57,433 nt of DNA, filler included, from Planctomycetota bacterium (GCA_026991575.1; 6 parts of 6 records of this genome joined end to end with filler, not necessarily neighbours in it); one strand, 5' to 3'. Counted from the first letter of the whole stretch, positions 19,801 through 29,325 are shown. Notes: generated from the sequence alone by a model not told the origin. Numbers and translations are program-made.

Positions 19801-20329
19801 CCAGGCCGATCCGAACAAGCTGAGGTGCCCGCCAGAGCAGCACGCCAGCAAGCAGTCCTGTTGCAAGAAAGGCAACGGTTGCCCAGCGGAACGGCCGGCG
19901 ACGCAGGATGACTTCCGGTTCGATCGCCAGAGCAGCTCGGGAGGCTTCGCGAATCACCGCCTCGCGCAGCTCACGAGAGCCGGCGATCGTCTCGGGCGCG
20001 TCTTCCTTTAAGAAACTAACGGCGCTGGCTAGCCGGTCACGTAGCTCAGGGTAATAGCGTTCGATCTGTTGAGCCAACCAGACGTCGGAGAGGGTGGTCA
20101 CTACGGGCAGTACCAGGTACCGCCAGGCAACGGCCGCCGTGCCCAGCAGTACTGCCACCAGCAAGAGCACGCGCACTCCGATGCTGAATTCAAAGTACCA
20201 GTCCAGGGCAGAGACAGCTGCTGTGGCGGTCAGCCAGGTGGCCGTCGTGAGGAACACCCCGGTCAACACCGCCCGCAGGCGGATCTGGCGTCGCAGCCTG
20301 CGGAGGTGAAGTTCGATTATCCTGGTCAT
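16835..20329 (-). CDS. Large membrane-anchored coiled-coil protein (DUF4175-like)
   Basis: Three N-terminal TM helices, ELRDRLASAV, Ig-like region (VTYPEYT, DKAPEV, DDYGV), long Gln-rich helical repeats. Confidence 0.8.
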   Translation of the reverse strand: MTRIIELHLRRLRRQIRLRAVLTGVFLTTATWLTATAAVSALDWYFEFSIGVRVLLLVAVLLGTAAVAWRYLVLPVVTTLSDVWLAQQIERYYPELRDRLASAVSFLKEDAPETIAGSRELREAVIREASRAALAIEPEVILRRRPFRWATVAFLATGLLAGVLLWRAPQLVRIGLARLYAPFGSARWPHQTVLEFVELRDRLARGEPYRVRVRVVSGRVPDRAVAHFAFREGGRTSEPMRPQGRREFVAALESILSPFELTIEAGGASLGPVQVQVLPPPDVARLQITVTYPEYTAKGTETLPAGTGHVRAVWGSQLQVAANFTKPVARAELVFDDRSTIPLQLGSDRRSGSATFRLERDGTYWLRLVDTDGLMNRRFTRYELRALRDKAPEVFVDKPQGAVYVTPRARLPVQVTVKDDYGVRHVWLAYWKGEEEPEKPATIDLFGPQKPQERVEASYLWELEQLKLTVGEVVSFQILAADADNLRGPNVAKSRLLRAYVVTGEELLERLADRQRAIQEELERVLRQQERAVADVQDLLEEAQQDAAVKEETVGQMRATELSQQQVRRRLTGSSGLRRLAQETLEALENNRLEQDELAQRLRELIAAADTLDRSALAEAERQLLVARKAAETAARRQRTLPQRGEQALARARQAQQQVVHELQRMLEEFGRYENLRAVARDAQRLADQQEKLIEQARELGARTVGKSPEQLSPELRAELGKLSNRQEQLRGGLRQLRARMRQLSERLAQQDPLAAETLRQAAENIERAGTEDLMRDAARQLRANRIGQATQQQRQAAEDLKALLDALQQNATPDLKELVEQLRELERKLEDVRRRQLQLLQRTRQVADQADDEQRRRELQRLARQQRQLEQQLSRLAQQMARLNARRAARRSSSAAGRMGQAGQSMAQNNPGAAQQQQERVLEELQQAQQELQRARREAEALLAMEQLRQIESQLASLYERQKAAAEETVRIRQTRKQRYGGRWTRPLLATLGRLREEQSRIRADTEEAIGALDSAPAFALVLKHATGLMERALQRLKQRSVDEPTARLQQQAAAQIAKLLEALKQDAEGNQRQQGSGGSGGGGSGGGSGISLIAQLKLLKMLQIDIKAATEQIEQLRQQGKLSDADRQRLKELEQLQGELADIVRQLTAPAADDEPQNGEKR

Positions 20330-21496
20330 GGTCCGTGCCTCGCGCCAGAGGGCGGTCGAAAGCCCAAGCGGCATGCTGACGGTTTCAACGGACGGGCATC
20401 GCGCCAAACTGGACAGGCTGGTGCATGTTCGCTACCGCCCTCCATCCAGTATTAGCGTAGGCGCCCGCGGAAGTTGGAACAACCCGAAACCGCTGGAGTT
20501 TATCGGTTCGTAGGGCCGGTCTGAAGCGAGTGGGACGATGGCTGCCAGCAGCGGGCGGCCACGCCGGGGCACAGGCGGCAGTGTCGCCAACCCTCGCCCC
20601 AGTGCCAGTTCGGCTCTGGCAAGGAGGCCGCGGCGGGACCTGCGGGCAGCACACCCACGTGTTACGCCCCGGGGGGAGCAGAAGCCCCGCCTTCATCGCC
20701 GCCCGAAGCAAGACCGGAAACGCGCACTGCAACTGCGAAAGACCGCTATGGCCCCCCGTGCCATGTTGCCGTGTCCTCCCAAGAAGCTTCAGCCACAAGA
20801 CGTACTCCATGAACGCACGGGACGGCCACGGAGCACTCCACACGAGCTGCCGGCAGTCTTCATATCCGCAGCACCCCACTCGTGCTCACTGCTGCAAACC
20901 AGCTGATCCAATACAACGCGACCCCACACAGCCACAGCGAACGTTCGATCGCCAGCCACTTCCGATTGCGAACCAAGAGCCTCTCGACTTCAACCGCGTA
21001 CTTCAGTCCACGATTCAGCTGCTCGCCAGTCCAACGCTCCATCCACCGCCCCGTCCACCAGTGCGGCGCCCGGCCCCTGCCAAACGCCGCCGATGACACG
21101 GGCAGCTGTAGCGGAGCCTGCCCAGACAGCAGCGCCGCGACACACAAACGCTCGTACGTCTTCAGGCCAGCAGGCCTGACGCGAGACGCCGCAGCCTCCG
21201 GCGCTCTTTGACTGCCTCGCCACACGCTTGCCAAGTTCGAACAAGGTATTTGCACAGAGGAGAACTGTGCAGTTGTTGCCCACACGTCTTGCCAGCAGGG
21301 TGCGGTCGGTGGCCGGAGACGGGGTTCGCGACCCACGCCGAGATGACAAGGTCCGCGATCCGTCAGCCGGAAGCGACCGTGGATCGCCGAATGACCTTGC
21401 CAGCCCGCTTCAAGGCGCGGCCGCGGGGGCAATATGCCGCCCGCCCGCAAGGTTGATGGGTAGCGCCGGCGCATCGTCCAAAAGCTTTGCCGTTTG

Positions 21497-21533
21497 CCGG
21501 GCCGCGGGCGGGGTCGACCCGCCCGCGGCTCGG
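21497..21533. repeat. GC-rich inverted repeat (16-bp stem, one G-T pair, GTCGA loop), REP-like
   Basis: ccgggccgcgggcggg-gtcga-cccgcccgcggctcgg seen directly. Confidence 0.6.
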
Positions 21534-21759
21534 GTGGTGGAATTTGGTTGGGCTGGCGGTGTGCACAAAGAGATTGCGCTGTCGTCCCGGCGGGGGCGCG
21601 ATCCCGCCGCGCCGACGTCGCAGTCATGGGAGGCGGCAGGAGAGAAAGAATGCCTCTTCGAACCGCGGCGCTAGCCCCCTAACCGAGCCGGAGTAGGGCA
21701 TGAAGGCCCCTGCGCGCGTTGACGGCAAGCGGCGGGCGGATGAGTCTGCGGCAGGAGGC

Positions 21760-22086
21760 AAAAGCACAGGGGAGGGAGGCGTGGCCCGATCGGGAGGCTC
21801 TTGCTGAACAACCTGGAGCTTGCGTTGTTGCAGCATGCCCGGATGTGAGGTGAGGAAGGTACGCGTGCCCGCCATGCGGTATTCGGTCGTGAAGCACGCG
21901 CGGTGGTGGATCAGGGAGTTGCTCCAGCAGTGGGCAGGGCTGACGTGGCGGAAGACCGCGGCGACGTGCCGGCTCCTAACGCGGCACGAGCCGTCGTTGT
22001 GGGTGCTCCCGTACCACGAGGGCGTTGAGCCGGCCGACCATGAGGCCGAGCAGGCACTGCGGTCACCCGTGATCTCGCGGAAGATC
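21760..22086 (+). mobile_element. IS66-family transposase remnant, cut by the contig end
   Basis: KTAATCRLLTRHEPSLW..EGVEPADHEAEQALRSPVISRKI matches IS66 TnpC (EGVEPTNN.AERALR..V..RK) with TNN degenerate; the upstream part is in another frame. Confidence 0.75.
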
Positions 22087-22186
22087 NNNNNNNNNNNNNN
22101 NNNNNNNNNNNNNNNNNNNNNNNNNNNNNNTTAATTAATTAANNNNNNNNNNNNNNNNNNNNNNNNNNNNNNNNNNNNNNNNNNNN
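22087..22186. other. Artificial contig linker
   Basis: N44-TTAATTAATTAA-N44. Confidence 0.98.
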
Positions 22187-23059
22187 ATCACTTTTGGCTA
22201 TGATGAGGAAGGCAATCTCATCTCGCTGACCGATGCCGATGGGAACACGACCCAGTGGCGGTTGGATGCCGTGGATCGGGTCATCGAAGAGATCAACGCG
22301 CTGGGAGTGAGCCGCTTCCTCGAGCACGGGGCCACTGGACAGCAGTATGTCTCTTTATGGACGCGCGTCGCGCCGGCAAGGGTTTTCGCACGGCGGCGCC
22401 GCGAGGTTTGCGTTCGCGCAGTGCTCGAGTCGGCTCTTGTAGGAGGCATCCTCGGCTGTCTTTACCTGCTGCTGCCTGGCGGGATTCCGCCTGTGGTCTC
22501 AGGTGCGTGTGGGATTATGCTGACAGGACTTTGGCTGTCACGACACGAGCTCCTCGCCTTCCGGTTGTGTCGCGCGATTTCGAGCAGCAGCGACGGCTCG
22601 GCTCGGGCGAGGTCAGTGTCCTGGTTCTTTCGCGAGCCGGCCAGGTATCGCAAACTTGCTGTTCTCGTGAGAAGAATCGGCCGTGGCGATGAGGTGCTCG
22701 ATGAAGGCGTCTTGCAATATGTCGTCTGCCCGCCACACCGTCGCCACGACTTGAGACCGGATAGTCCTGGTCCCCGCCAGGGCATCACGGAAGACGCGTT
22801 GGACGACTTCTGGCTGTGCGTCCTGCATGAGGCCCTTCGACGGCCCGATATTCTTTCTGTCTTCGCGCGGCGCACGCGTCCAGATGACGGCATCGACCAA
22901 CTGCCGCCTCCGGAAAGTGAGCCGCGTAGCGTAGACCGTGCAATTGCGAACGCCAGGACTCCGCTAGAGGCGTGTGCCCTTCTTGCCTGCCACAGCGCGT
23001 CACAGCCGGATCGCCTCCGCGCGTTCTGGCAAGGAAAGGCCTTCTTCGACAATACGTGA
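22187..23059 (+). CDS. 5'-partial ORF: RHS/YD repeats fused in frame to an unrelated two-TM region
   Basis: The frame from 22187 reads ITFGYDEEGNLISLTDADGNTTQWRLDAVDRVIEEINALG and continues without a stop into the 22262-23059 ORF. Confidence 0.6.
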   Translation: MTFGYDEEGNLISLTDADGNTTQWRLDAVDRVIEEINALGVSRFLEHGATGQQYVSLWTRVAPARVFARRRREVCVRAVLESALVGGILGCLYLLLPGGIPPVVSGACGIMLTGLWLSRHELLAFRLCRAISSSSDGSARARSVSWFFREPARYRKLAVLVRRIGRGDEVLDEGVLQYVVCPPHRRHDLRPDSPGPRQGITEDALDDFWLCVLHEALRRPDILSVFARRTRPDDGIDQLPPPESEPRSVDRAIANARTPLEACALLACHSASQPDRLRAFWQGKAFFDNT

Positions 23060-23259
23060 GATGCTCTAGCCTCGGTCCGCCAAGCCTTCGCATAGAGCCC
23101 TCGAAAGCTGCCTATGCGGCAGTGAGACGGCTGCGGACCGTCCTAGGTACCGATCCATTGACCTGGCAGGTAGGCTGGCCGGTCCTGACTGAAGAGATGT
23201 GTCTCAGGGGATCGCATGATTGTCGGCAGGGTGCCTGCCTGTAGGATGGGCACCGCCCG

Positions 23260-23580
23260 ACGGACCGTGGCGTGAAACCGTACACGGCTGCTCGCTGACG
23301 CGCGTCGCTGTAGTCATACCTCCTTGTCTGCGACCAGCTGAGGTCGGACGTTGCCGTCGGCCACCTCTTCCGACACCGGGCCGGCCAGCTCCACCAACGT
23401 CTCGCTTAACAGCTTGGAGTCCGGGGTGTCCGCCTCAGCCATATGCGCCGCCGGCGGCACACTCGCCTCGTCCACCACCACCGAGATCTTCATCCCCTCC
23501 TTCCTGCGGTCTGCAGATTACGGGCGCCACCCTCGCGTTCCGGGGCAGCACCGGGTACAGTCGATCCCAAGCCGCTGCGC
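23260..23580 (-). mobile_element. IS5-family transposase remnant (internally deleted, frameshifted)
   Basis: Minus-strand pieces AAWDRLYPVLPR...RP, then KEGMKISVVVDEASVP...DSKLLSETL...QLVADK / (frameshift) YDYSDARQRAAVYGFTP. Confidence 0.65.
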
Positions 23581-24102
23581 CCGCGCCCGACCGTCGTCCG
23601 CATACCACGCCATCACTTCAGCAGCGAGAACGTCCCCGCCTTTGCCGATCGCAGCCCCCCCTGTGCCGTGATGCCGTTGCGTTGTCGCTTGTTCGCCCGA
23701 ATTGGCTTCCACTGCGGCCCTGTACCTATCCGGAGTCTGTCCGGGTTGCAGGTTAGCTCCAGCAAGGTTGCTGGCCGACCGCACCGGCCAAGACCAGCCC
23801 CCTCGCCAGATGCTTGTGCGACTAGCGTGATCGACGCTAGAATGGGCCTCGGCGATCTGCGGTAGCGTGCGTGAAGGCGACGCCGCCCTGCGTCAGCGTG
23901 TGCTTGGGTTGTCGCGATGTCCCCCGGACGCAGGCGACTCGGATCGGTCAGCGCTTTTTTGGAGATGCCCGCAAGATCCGCACGCCACCGTCGCTCGAAC
24001 TGGCATCGTCCCGCAAGCTCGGCAAGGCCACCGCTGACGGTGCGAGCTGCCCCCAGTAGGGCAAGCGCCAGGCAGCATGTCAAAGCGAGACAGGAGGCAG
24101 CC

Positions 24103-25329
24103 ATGGGCACAATGAACCGTCACCTACTCTTAGCTGTGTTTCTATCGGCAGCAGTCGGTGCGACCGCGACTCCGACGCCCGCGCAGGACGATCCACTGCC
24201 GAGCCGCGCCCGTGAACATGCCTTGGCGTGGCGAGCCAATCTGGAGGGCATCCGTGCTCTCACGTGTGAGTATCGAGTCTGGACCGCTACCGCGACGAGT
24301 GTTGACAAGGCACTAGCGTTCGAGTTCCGCCCCCCCTGCCCGGACGATGGCCGGTGCGGTTACCACCACGTCAGCGAACAAGGAGTGCTGTACCTGCGAA
24401 CCCCGTACGTGTTCCAGGTCGTCAACAATGCCGACTTGGGCAAGATCGTCTACATGCGCGAAGAGTGGAATATTCGCCTGCGGGCCATGGACCCGACCGA
24501 GAATGGCTGCTACTCTCGAGCCGACGTGGCTACGGCGGCCAGCCCATCGTGGAGCCAGTGGCAGGAAAGCGAGAACACGCCACATCGGCTCATGCTCATG
24601 AGCGACCGGCTAAGCACACGCGTCGACTGTGCGATCCTTCGCGATCGCGTAGAGCCCGATGGAGCAGCGGAACCCGGCCCAATCCACGTCAAAGAGAACG
24701 TCAGCTTTTATGGCTACACGTGCGACGAGGTTACTGAGACCGTCACCGCCCCGGATGGTTCGGTTTTCTACTACCGGAACTACTTTGACGCTCAGTCACT
24801 CGGTTTACTCTGGGGCACGGCCGTGGAGACGCCTAGTTCCATCACTGTGGCAGTTGTCCGGGACATTCAGCGGCTTGAGAGCGGGAACTGGTATCCGACC
24901 CGCGTGGTGTTGATGACTCTGGAAAAGGAACGGCCGAAGCTGCAACAGGAGGGGCATGTTCAGGCGCTTGAAGTAACGAAGCTGGTGCCCGAAGCGCCGC
25001 CGTTGGAAGAGCTGACGATCTGCTTCAAGGGTGACGTCTGGCTCACTGACCTCGGGCCAAACGGCTGGGTGCTAACCAGCCAGAAGACAATTCGGGTCGA
25101 CAAGCTGCGAGAGACTTTCGAGGAGCTAAAGACCGAGTACAAGAAGGTGATCGAGCAGCAAGCGGCCAGGGTAGCCTCCTGGCCCACCCGAGCTACTCCT
25201 GCCCCGGAGGGGGGAAGCACCCGCGCATCGGCGAGGCAAGGCAAGCCATGGTTCTTTCTCGCTGGAGGGCTCCTACTGGCTGGCCTCGCAGCGGGAATTG
25301 CCGTCATCTGGAGGCTTCGACGACGATGA
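24103..25329 (+). CDS. Exported beta-rich protein with C-terminal TM anchor and basic tail (uncharacterised; LolA-like fold suspected)
   Basis: CAGGAGG RBS, signal peptide, C-terminal WFFLAGGLLLAGLAAGIAVIWRLRRR. Confidence 0.75.
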   Translation: MGTMNRHLLLAVFLSAAVGATATPTPAQDDPLPSRAREHALAWRANLEGIRALTCEYRVWTATATSVDKALAFEFRPPCPDDGRCGYHHVSEQGVLYLRTPYVFQVVNNADLGKIVYMREEWNIRLRAMDPTENGCYSRADVATAASPSWSQWQESENTPHRLMLMSDRLSTRVDCAILRDRVEPDGAAEPGPIHVKENVSFYGYTCDEVTETVTAPDGSVFYYRNYFDAQSLGLLWGTAVETPSSITVAVVRDIQRLESGNWYPTRVVLMTLEKERPKLQQEGHVQALEVTKLVPEAPPLEELTICFKGDVWLTDLGPNGWVLTSQKTIRVDKLRETFEELKTEYKKVIEQQAARVASWPTRATPAPEGGSTRASARQGKPWFFLAGGLLLAGLAAGIAVIWRLRRR

Positions 25330-25850
25330 CGGCCCCTTTTCCACGTCGAGCCTTTCCGAGAAAACGGTGAACGGCAGAAGTTCCTGCGTTGGCATGAGTT
25401 GTGCCGTCGGGCACACGCTCCCAGCACAGGCCGGTGTCGCATCACCCCACGTGAACACTAATGGCTAGAAGCGGTTATGGCGCTCACGACTACGCCTGCA
25501 TAAGCATCCGGCGTTGGCCCGGCGAGTTCCAGCTCTTCCGTCAAGGCCCGGGGGCACGCCAAGTCGGCACGGCGTTGGGTGCCGACATGTAGCAAGATGA
25601 CGTGGTGGTGGGCGGAGGGTGTGCGCGGAGGACAAACCAGGGCAGCAAGGTACGTCACGGCACGGAGAGCGAGAAGACGGTGGCGGCGGCGCGAGACGGA
25701 TCCGGGCGGTGGTCGGAACATCGTCGGCTGTGCCACTACATGCACACGCCCCCGGGGCGCGCCTCCGTTTAGCCCGAGCGATGCCGGCCACCACCCCGCC
25801 TGGCCACCTGAACCGGACAAGCTGGGACGTGCTCGGGGGCGTAACCGGGT

Positions 25851-25879
25851 TTGACGCCAGAGCGACAGTCCGCTATACA
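25851..25879 (+). promoter_or_regulatory. Possible sigma70 promoter for the ArnT-like gene
   Basis: TTGACG-N17-TATACA about 50 bp upstream of ATG 25931. Confidence 0.35.
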
Positions 25880-25930
25880 CGTCCTACTACAACAGTGCGA
25901 CATGACGCACCGTGCAAGGACGCAACCGCC

Positions 25931-27646
25931 ATGCTGAGCTCTGCACCAGTACCCACAGCCACCCTGCGCCGCTTCTGGCCGCTGATACTGGTCGGCTGGG
26001 CGTGCTTGGTCTTGTCCATCAACCTGCTAGGCAACTCGGACCGCCGGCCGCTGGACGAACACGAGATCTTTGTCGCTCGGACGGCTACCGAGATGGCCCG
26101 TCGTGGCGACTGGATCGTACCTTACTTTGCGGGCCAGCCGCGGCTGCAGAAGCTACCGCTGAACTACTGGCTCGCGGCCGCCGCCGCAACGGCTTTGGGC
26201 CAATCGCCTGCCGACCGCGTCGATGCGTTCGCGGCTCGCCTACCGTCAGCCGTCGCAGGGGCTCTGCTGGTGCTGGTAACCGCGTGGCTGACCTACCTGG
26301 CGACGCAGAGCTACGAGGCAGCCCTGGTGGCCGCTGTCCTGATCGGCACGTCGAACGGCCTCGTTGCTTGGTCGCACAACGCACGCCCCGAGATGGTCTA
26401 CGCTACCTTGTGCGGCGTGCAGATTGCTTCCTTTGCGGCCGCTGTATCGGCGGTTCGCAGCGGCCGCAGGCCGACGCTCTGGAGCTTGTTCGGCTGGATC
26501 GCTGCAGCCGCGGCCACGATGAGCAAAGGGCCACACTACCCGCTGTTTCTGGTTGTTAGCGTCGCGGTGGCCGCCTGGGTCCAGACCAGGTCGTGGCGTG
26601 CGCTCTGGCAAGTGCTTCGTCCGGACATCGGGTTACTTGTTAGCGGGGTGTTGATCGGATCCTACCTGGTCGCCCTGGACCGTCGGCTCGATGGCCTGTG
26701 GGCGTTCTGGTACCGGGAGATGTTTTACCGAACCGGTGGAGTCCAAGGCATCGTCTGGTTCTTCCGCTTCTACTATGTGGGTGCCATCGTCCAGCTTACC
26801 CTACCGTGGTCTCTCATTGCGCTTTGTGGTCTAATTTGGCCGGCGCGTCGGCTGAGCACGGTGCCCCCTGCGGCCGCGGTTGCGTGGTGTTCGGTCGTGA
26901 TCCCGGCACTCATTCTTAGTTGCTCACGTGGTCAGCGATTCTACTACTTGCTGCCTTCGCTTGCGCCGTGCATCGCAGTGGGCGTCTACGTGGGCTGGCA
27001 GCTCATTCGCTCGCGTGCCTGGTTGCTTGGCCGGCCCCTGCCGGTGGCCGCGTTGCTCCGCGTACACTATGCCGTCATCCTGGTGGTTGCCATCTTCGTG
27101 CTCTGGCGAAGTGGCTACTACTACCGGCTTGGATTGCTGGACCATCGCCAGCTCGTAGCGGCCATCGGCATCTCCCTGAGCGCGGCAATCGTCAGCGTTC
27201 TGCTATGGTGGCGGCGGAGGGAACAACTTCTGCACAGGGTCGCGGCCGCTATCGGCTTACTGGTCGTCTCTTACGCTGTTGGCTGCTTGACGGGTGTCTT
27301 CTGGTCCACGGACCGCTACCGGCGTGCGGCCCTTGCCCGGCAACTCAGCCAGCACCTCACTCGGGCCATCCCCGTCTACGCGCTCACCGGCCGGATCGAA
27401 CACCTGGTCTACTACGATGTGCCCGTCCGACGCGTGACGCACGCCGAGATGCGATGGCTGAAACGCCAACGAGACGCGTATGTGCTCGCCGACGAGCGGT
27501 GCCCGAAGTGCCGCAGGCTGTTGCTGGATGCACCGGTGCTAACGGAGTTCATCGACGGGGAACACCGCATTGCACTGCGTCTGGTCGCCGCCACATCGCG
27601 CGTGGCCGACCGCGCGGGTGCTGCGGCTATGCAAGCGAGTCGCTAA
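25931..27646 (+). CDS. ArnT/GT39-like lipid-carrier-dependent glycosyltransferase
   Basis: DEHE..ARTATEMARRGDWIVPYFAGQPRLQKLPLNYWL, AARLPSA, ARPEM, MSKGP and YYLLP motifs; many TM helices. Confidence 0.88.
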   Translation: MLSSAPVPTATLRRFWPLILVGWACLVLSINLLGNSDRRPLDEHEIFVARTATEMARRGDWIVPYFAGQPRLQKLPLNYWLAAAAATALGQSPADRVDAFAARLPSAVAGALLVLVTAWLTYLATQSYEAALVAAVLIGTSNGLVAWSHNARPEMVYATLCGVQIASFAAAVSAVRSGRRPTLWSLFGWIAAAAATMSKGPHYPLFLVVSVAVAAWVQTRSWRALWQVLRPDIGLLVSGVLIGSYLVALDRRLDGLWAFWYREMFYRTGGVQGIVWFFRFYYVGAIVQLTLPWSLIALCGLIWPARRLSTVPPAAAVAWCSVVIPALILSCSRGQRFYYLLPSLAPCIAVGVYVGWQLIRSRAWLLGRPLPVAALLRVHYAVILVVAIFVLWRSGYYYRLGLLDHRQLVAAIGISLSAAIVSVLLWWRRREQLLHRVAAAIGLLVVSYAVGCLTGVFWSTDRYRRAALARQLSQHLTRAIPVYALTGRIEHLVYYDVPVRRVTHAEMRWLKRQRDAYVLADERCPKCRRLLLDAPVLTEFIDGEHRIALRLVAATSRVADRAGAAAMQASR

Positions 27647-29325
27647 TCGGCCGTCGTCTGCTGGTCCGCCGGCTGCCGACGCCACCGGTGCCCCACCGCA
27701 ACCAGCACCAGGAAGCCGGCCACGACGGGCACGCTGATAAGGCCAAGCCGGCTCCATATGCTCCAGCCGGCGCCGAACGTCGCAAACAGCAGGGAAGCGG
27801 TCATGAACGTGTTCCAGGCAATGCGGCGCCAGCCACGGGGCATCGCGTCACCGAGTAGCCGCCGGTTGTTCATCAGGAGCACGAACGTCCCGTAGGCAAT
27901 CGGCAACAGCATCATGCCGACCACGCTGGTCGGCACCGCCAGCCAAAACCTGGCCTCTCCCCAGACAAATGGCCCAAGCGCGCCGATTACCGGTGCCAGG
28001 CAACCCAGTCGGTGTGGCCATCCCTTGTCGGGCAGGCCGAGCATCTCACAGACAGCGAATCCCGAGATGAGCATGAGAATCGTGATGGTTGAGACGGCCA
28101 TTGCCAGCACGCCGAGCCCGAACACGTAGCGTGCCACGACGTCCCCGGTCAGCGGCTCGAGGGCACGGGCCAAGTCGAACGCGTCGCGTTTGACGATGGT
28201 TGCTGCGAGCCGCTTGTCCGCCGCAGGTAGCTCGGCAATGGACTGTGCCGAATTGTCGCCGCGCCGCTTCGCTTCGGCCAGCCGTTTCTCAAGCAGTCCC
28301 TTATAGTCACGCCAGAGCCGCTCCGGCACACCCGCGGGGCGGAACGCGGAGCGTTCCGAGCCCAGCAACGCAACCTCAGGCCGCCCGTGAAACTGGCTAG
28401 CAGCAGCGATGACGACACAGCCGGTGGCGAGCACAAAAGGAATGGCCATGCCCGTCACCAGGTCGAACAAGGCCAGCCCCCGAAATCGCCGGTCCCAGCC
28501 CCGGGCAAGCATGGAATAGGGCAACAGGAACGTCATGTTGATGCCTACAGCCGTGGCCGACGCCGTGATGATGACATCCCGTTGCATGGAAACGATCATC
28601 TCAGACCAGAAGGTGGCATAGCCGCCCGTGGCCGCAACGGCAGCTTGTAGCTCACGTGCCGGGGCGACCAGTAAGCTGAGCTCCGGCCAAAAGCCTCGTA
28701 GTATCGCTTTGCCCGGCAGCCCCTGAGCAAGCGCCAGCTTGATGACGACGCCGAAAAAGCAGACCACGATCAGCCCGACCAGCACGCGTAGCAACCCTTC
28801 ATAGAGCTTGATCCCCCACGACCCGCTGTCGTAGAACCAGGTGATCGACACGGTTAGCAGAAGGATCATGCCGCAAACCGCAGCGGTCGCCGCCGTGCTT
28901 TCGCCCAGTCCGGGCAGCAGGTTCTGCTGGACGGCGGCCGTCGCCAGACTGAACTGCGGCAATGACCAGACCACATTGGCCATCAACGTGGCCAGCGCCC
29001 AAGCCCAGGCGAGCACCGGGTTAACATAGTCGCGGATGGCCGGAAACGGCCGCTTGCCGGTTCCGAGCGTGACGTAGGCGATGGCCCCAAGCATGACCAC
29101 ACCGAGGGCCATGGCCACTACCTGAACGAACAGCGGCTGGTAGCCCATGAGGACGCCCAGGTAGAGGCTCCCGGCCAGCGAGCCACCCCCGAGCGTGATG
29201 GCCGATTGCAGCCAGCCCGGGCCGGACAGTCTGGCGTAGATAGCCAGTCGGCCCCAGAACCCGCGTTTCAGTGCCTCATCGATCAGTGCCTGGTCACGCT
29301 CGATTCGCTTGGCTCGTCCACTCAT
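27643..29325 (-). CDS. NRAMP-like divalent metal cation transporter family protein
   Basis: SGPGWLQSAITLGGGSL, ATAVGINMTFLLPYS, ARALEPL and STITILMLISGF; many TM helices. Confidence 0.75.
   Translation of the reverse strand: MSGRAKRIERDQALIDEALKRGFWGRLAIYARLSGPGWLQSAITLGGGSLAGSLYLGVLMGYQPLFVQVVAMALGVVMLGAIAYVTLGTGKRPFPAIRDYVNPVLAWAWALATLMANVVWSLPQFSLATAAVQQNLLPGLGESTAATAAVCGMILLLTVSITWFYDSGSWGIKLYEGLLRVLVGLIVVCFFGVVIKLALAQGLPGKAILRGFWPELSLLVAPARELQAAVAATGGYATFWSEMIVSMQRDVIITASATAVGINMTFLLPYSMLARGWDRRFRGLALFDLVTGMAIPFVLATGCVVIAAASQFHGRPEVALLGSERSAFRPAGVPERLWRDYKGLLEKRLAEAKRRGDNSAQSIAELPAADKRLAATIVKRDAFDLARALEPLTGDVVARYVFGLGVLAMAVSTITILMLISGFAVCEMLGLPDKGWPHRLGCLAPVIGALGPFVWGEARFWLAVPTSVVGMMLLPIAYGTFVLLMNNRRLLGDAMPRGWRRIAWNTFMTASLLFATFGAGWSIWSRLGLISVPVVAGFLVLVAVGHRWRRQPADQQTTAD

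Noticed and set aside
20385..21627. Overlapping ORFs of 100-255 aa
   Set aside because: No recognisable motifs, RBS or consistent frame; possibly a decayed gene but not assignable.
21760..23580. Apparent IS66 + RHS + IS5 island
   Set aside because: The IS66 remnant is separated from the others by a linker, so their adjacency is not evidence.
25619..25930. 104-aa N-terminal extension of the ArnT-like ORF
   Set aside because: Low-information sequence; a promoter-like motif at 25851-25879 favours ATG 25931.
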